From Bacillota bacterium (GTDB taxonomy: Bacteria; Bacillota; Clostridia; Christensenellales; SZUA-584): 64,000 bases of DNA. The notes beneath the pieces are model-generated. The model had not been told where the DNA came from, did not search any database, and saw only the letters and a list, made by a program, of their open reading frames with translations. This document shows, in pieces, positions 63,189 through 64,000 of this stretch; position 1 is the stretch's first letter, and every line of letters begins with the position of its first letter. The position numbers and the translations under genes were made by a program. The DNA is taken from positions 50,842 to 114,841 of the forward strand of contig JAEWTW010000057.1 of assembly GCA_023397655.1 (NCBI GenBank), written 5' to 3'.

Positions 63189-64000
63189 TCAGCGATTGCT
63201 TTTGCCGCCGTCTTCGCGGTTGTCTCCGCTCTTGCCGCCGCTGCTGTCTTTACCGCCGCTCTTGCCGCCGTTGTCTGAACCACTGTCTTTATCTTTATCC
63301 GGTTTTTCATTGCTGTTGGGCTTGTCCGGCTTTGCATTGTCGTCCTTTGCGTTATCCGGCTGCCCACTGCTTTTTTCCGGCTTCGCACTGGCTGTCGGCT
63401 TGGGCGTGGGGGAGGGCTTTCCGGCGGACACGCTGGTATCCGGTTTTTGGCTGCTCTGGCTGCCGCTGCCCTGCGGATGCTGCTTCTTGTCAACAGCGGT
63501 GATCATGTCGTCCATACCCATGCTGCTGTCAATGCCAAGGTTCGCCGCGTTTTTCCTGAGAAGCTCCAGACCCGCGCTTTTGTGCTGTTTTTCGGCGTTT
63601 TCGAAGCTTTCTTTGGTGCTCTGCAATACCAGCACATTCACGGTATCTCCCGCGGCGCTGCTGACGATCTCCAAAGTTTGCTGTTCGCTGATGCCCGGCG
63701 TATCGCCGAAATGCGCCACCAGCACATGGCCGTTTTCTTTGAGCCATCCGCCGTCTGCGGCAGCGTGGACAAGCGCGTCCAGCGCATTGGCAATGGGTAG
63801 CCCTTTCAGTTGCATGTTCTCAAGCAGCGCAGCGGCGTCCTCGTTGCCCGCTTCTGCCGAAAGCACGATGTCGTTTTCGTCAACGCTGAGCGTGACACTG
63901 GGGTTGATATCGATGGTGTAATAACCGGCAGCCTGTGCAGTTTGAGCGGGTGTGAACGTCAGCGCTGCAATCAGCATCAACGCGGCTGCAACAGCGCACA
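63189..64000 (-). CDS. Paralogous DxNPS-domain secreted protein with a Lys/Asp/Gly/Ser-rich tail; N-terminus off the window
   Basis: YYTIDINPSVTLSVDENDIVLSAEAGNEDAAALL. The frame stays open to position 64000 (CAVAAALMLIAALTF is the signal h-region), so the true start lies outside the window. Confidence 0.65.
   Translation of the reverse strand, partial: CAVAAALMLIAALTFTPAQTAQAAGYYTIDINPSVTLSVDENDIVLSAEAGNEDAAALLENMQLKGLPIANALDALVHAAADGGWLKENGHVLVAHFGDTPGISEQQTLEIVSSAAGDTVNVLVLQSTKESFENAEKQHKSAGLELLRKNAANLGIDSSMGMDDMITAVDKKQHPQGSGSQSSQKPDTSVSAGKPSPTPKPTASAKPEKSSGQPDNAKDDNAKPDKPNSNEKPDKDKDSGSDNGGKSGGKDSSGGKSGDNREDGGKSNR

Overview
64-kb chromosomal window from a GC-rich Gram-positive, Clostridia-like genome (the taxon is an inference from gene content). 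No rRNA, tRNA, CRISPR array, transposase or integrase was seen. Most genes are ordinary: c-di-GMP enzymes, a giant surface protein, an amino-acid ABC transporter, an M24 peptidase, an L,D-transpeptidase, a MerR/Fe-ADH pair, a GH3 beta-glucosidase, a flotillin, a hemerythrin and lipid enzymes. Two regions stand out. (1) About 22.3-42.1 kb is a ~19.8-kb polymorphic-toxin island. Its operon runs holin-like gene, 190-aa coiled-coil protein, 1504-aa toxin with an HNH-type tip, then a SUKH immunity gene. Nine promoterless AT-rich toxin-tip/immunity cassettes and one terminal remnant follow. Each cassette starts with a GC-rich copy of part of the main gene or of an earlier cassette, and each ends in a conserved hairpin terminator. 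The toxin N-terminal ~180 aa matches no export domain I recognise, and the upstream 190-aa protein is a stand-alone paralog of it. This is my best candidate for an undescribed delivery system. (2) 54.2-61.6 kb is a tightly packed 7-gene minus-strand operon of nucleotide-metabolising domains: HD+RyR, ABC ATPase and permease, MBL-fold hydrolase, a TIR fused to a degenerate Nudix, a DUF5050 lipoprotein, and a canonical Nudix. Smaller points of interest are a kinase-TM-LRR receptor kinase with two LRR lipoprotein paralogs, a 975-bp in-frame tandem duplication in the surface protein, and two genes flanked by duplicated 3' ends of their upstream neighbours. All family assignments come from motifs read by eye; no database search was run.
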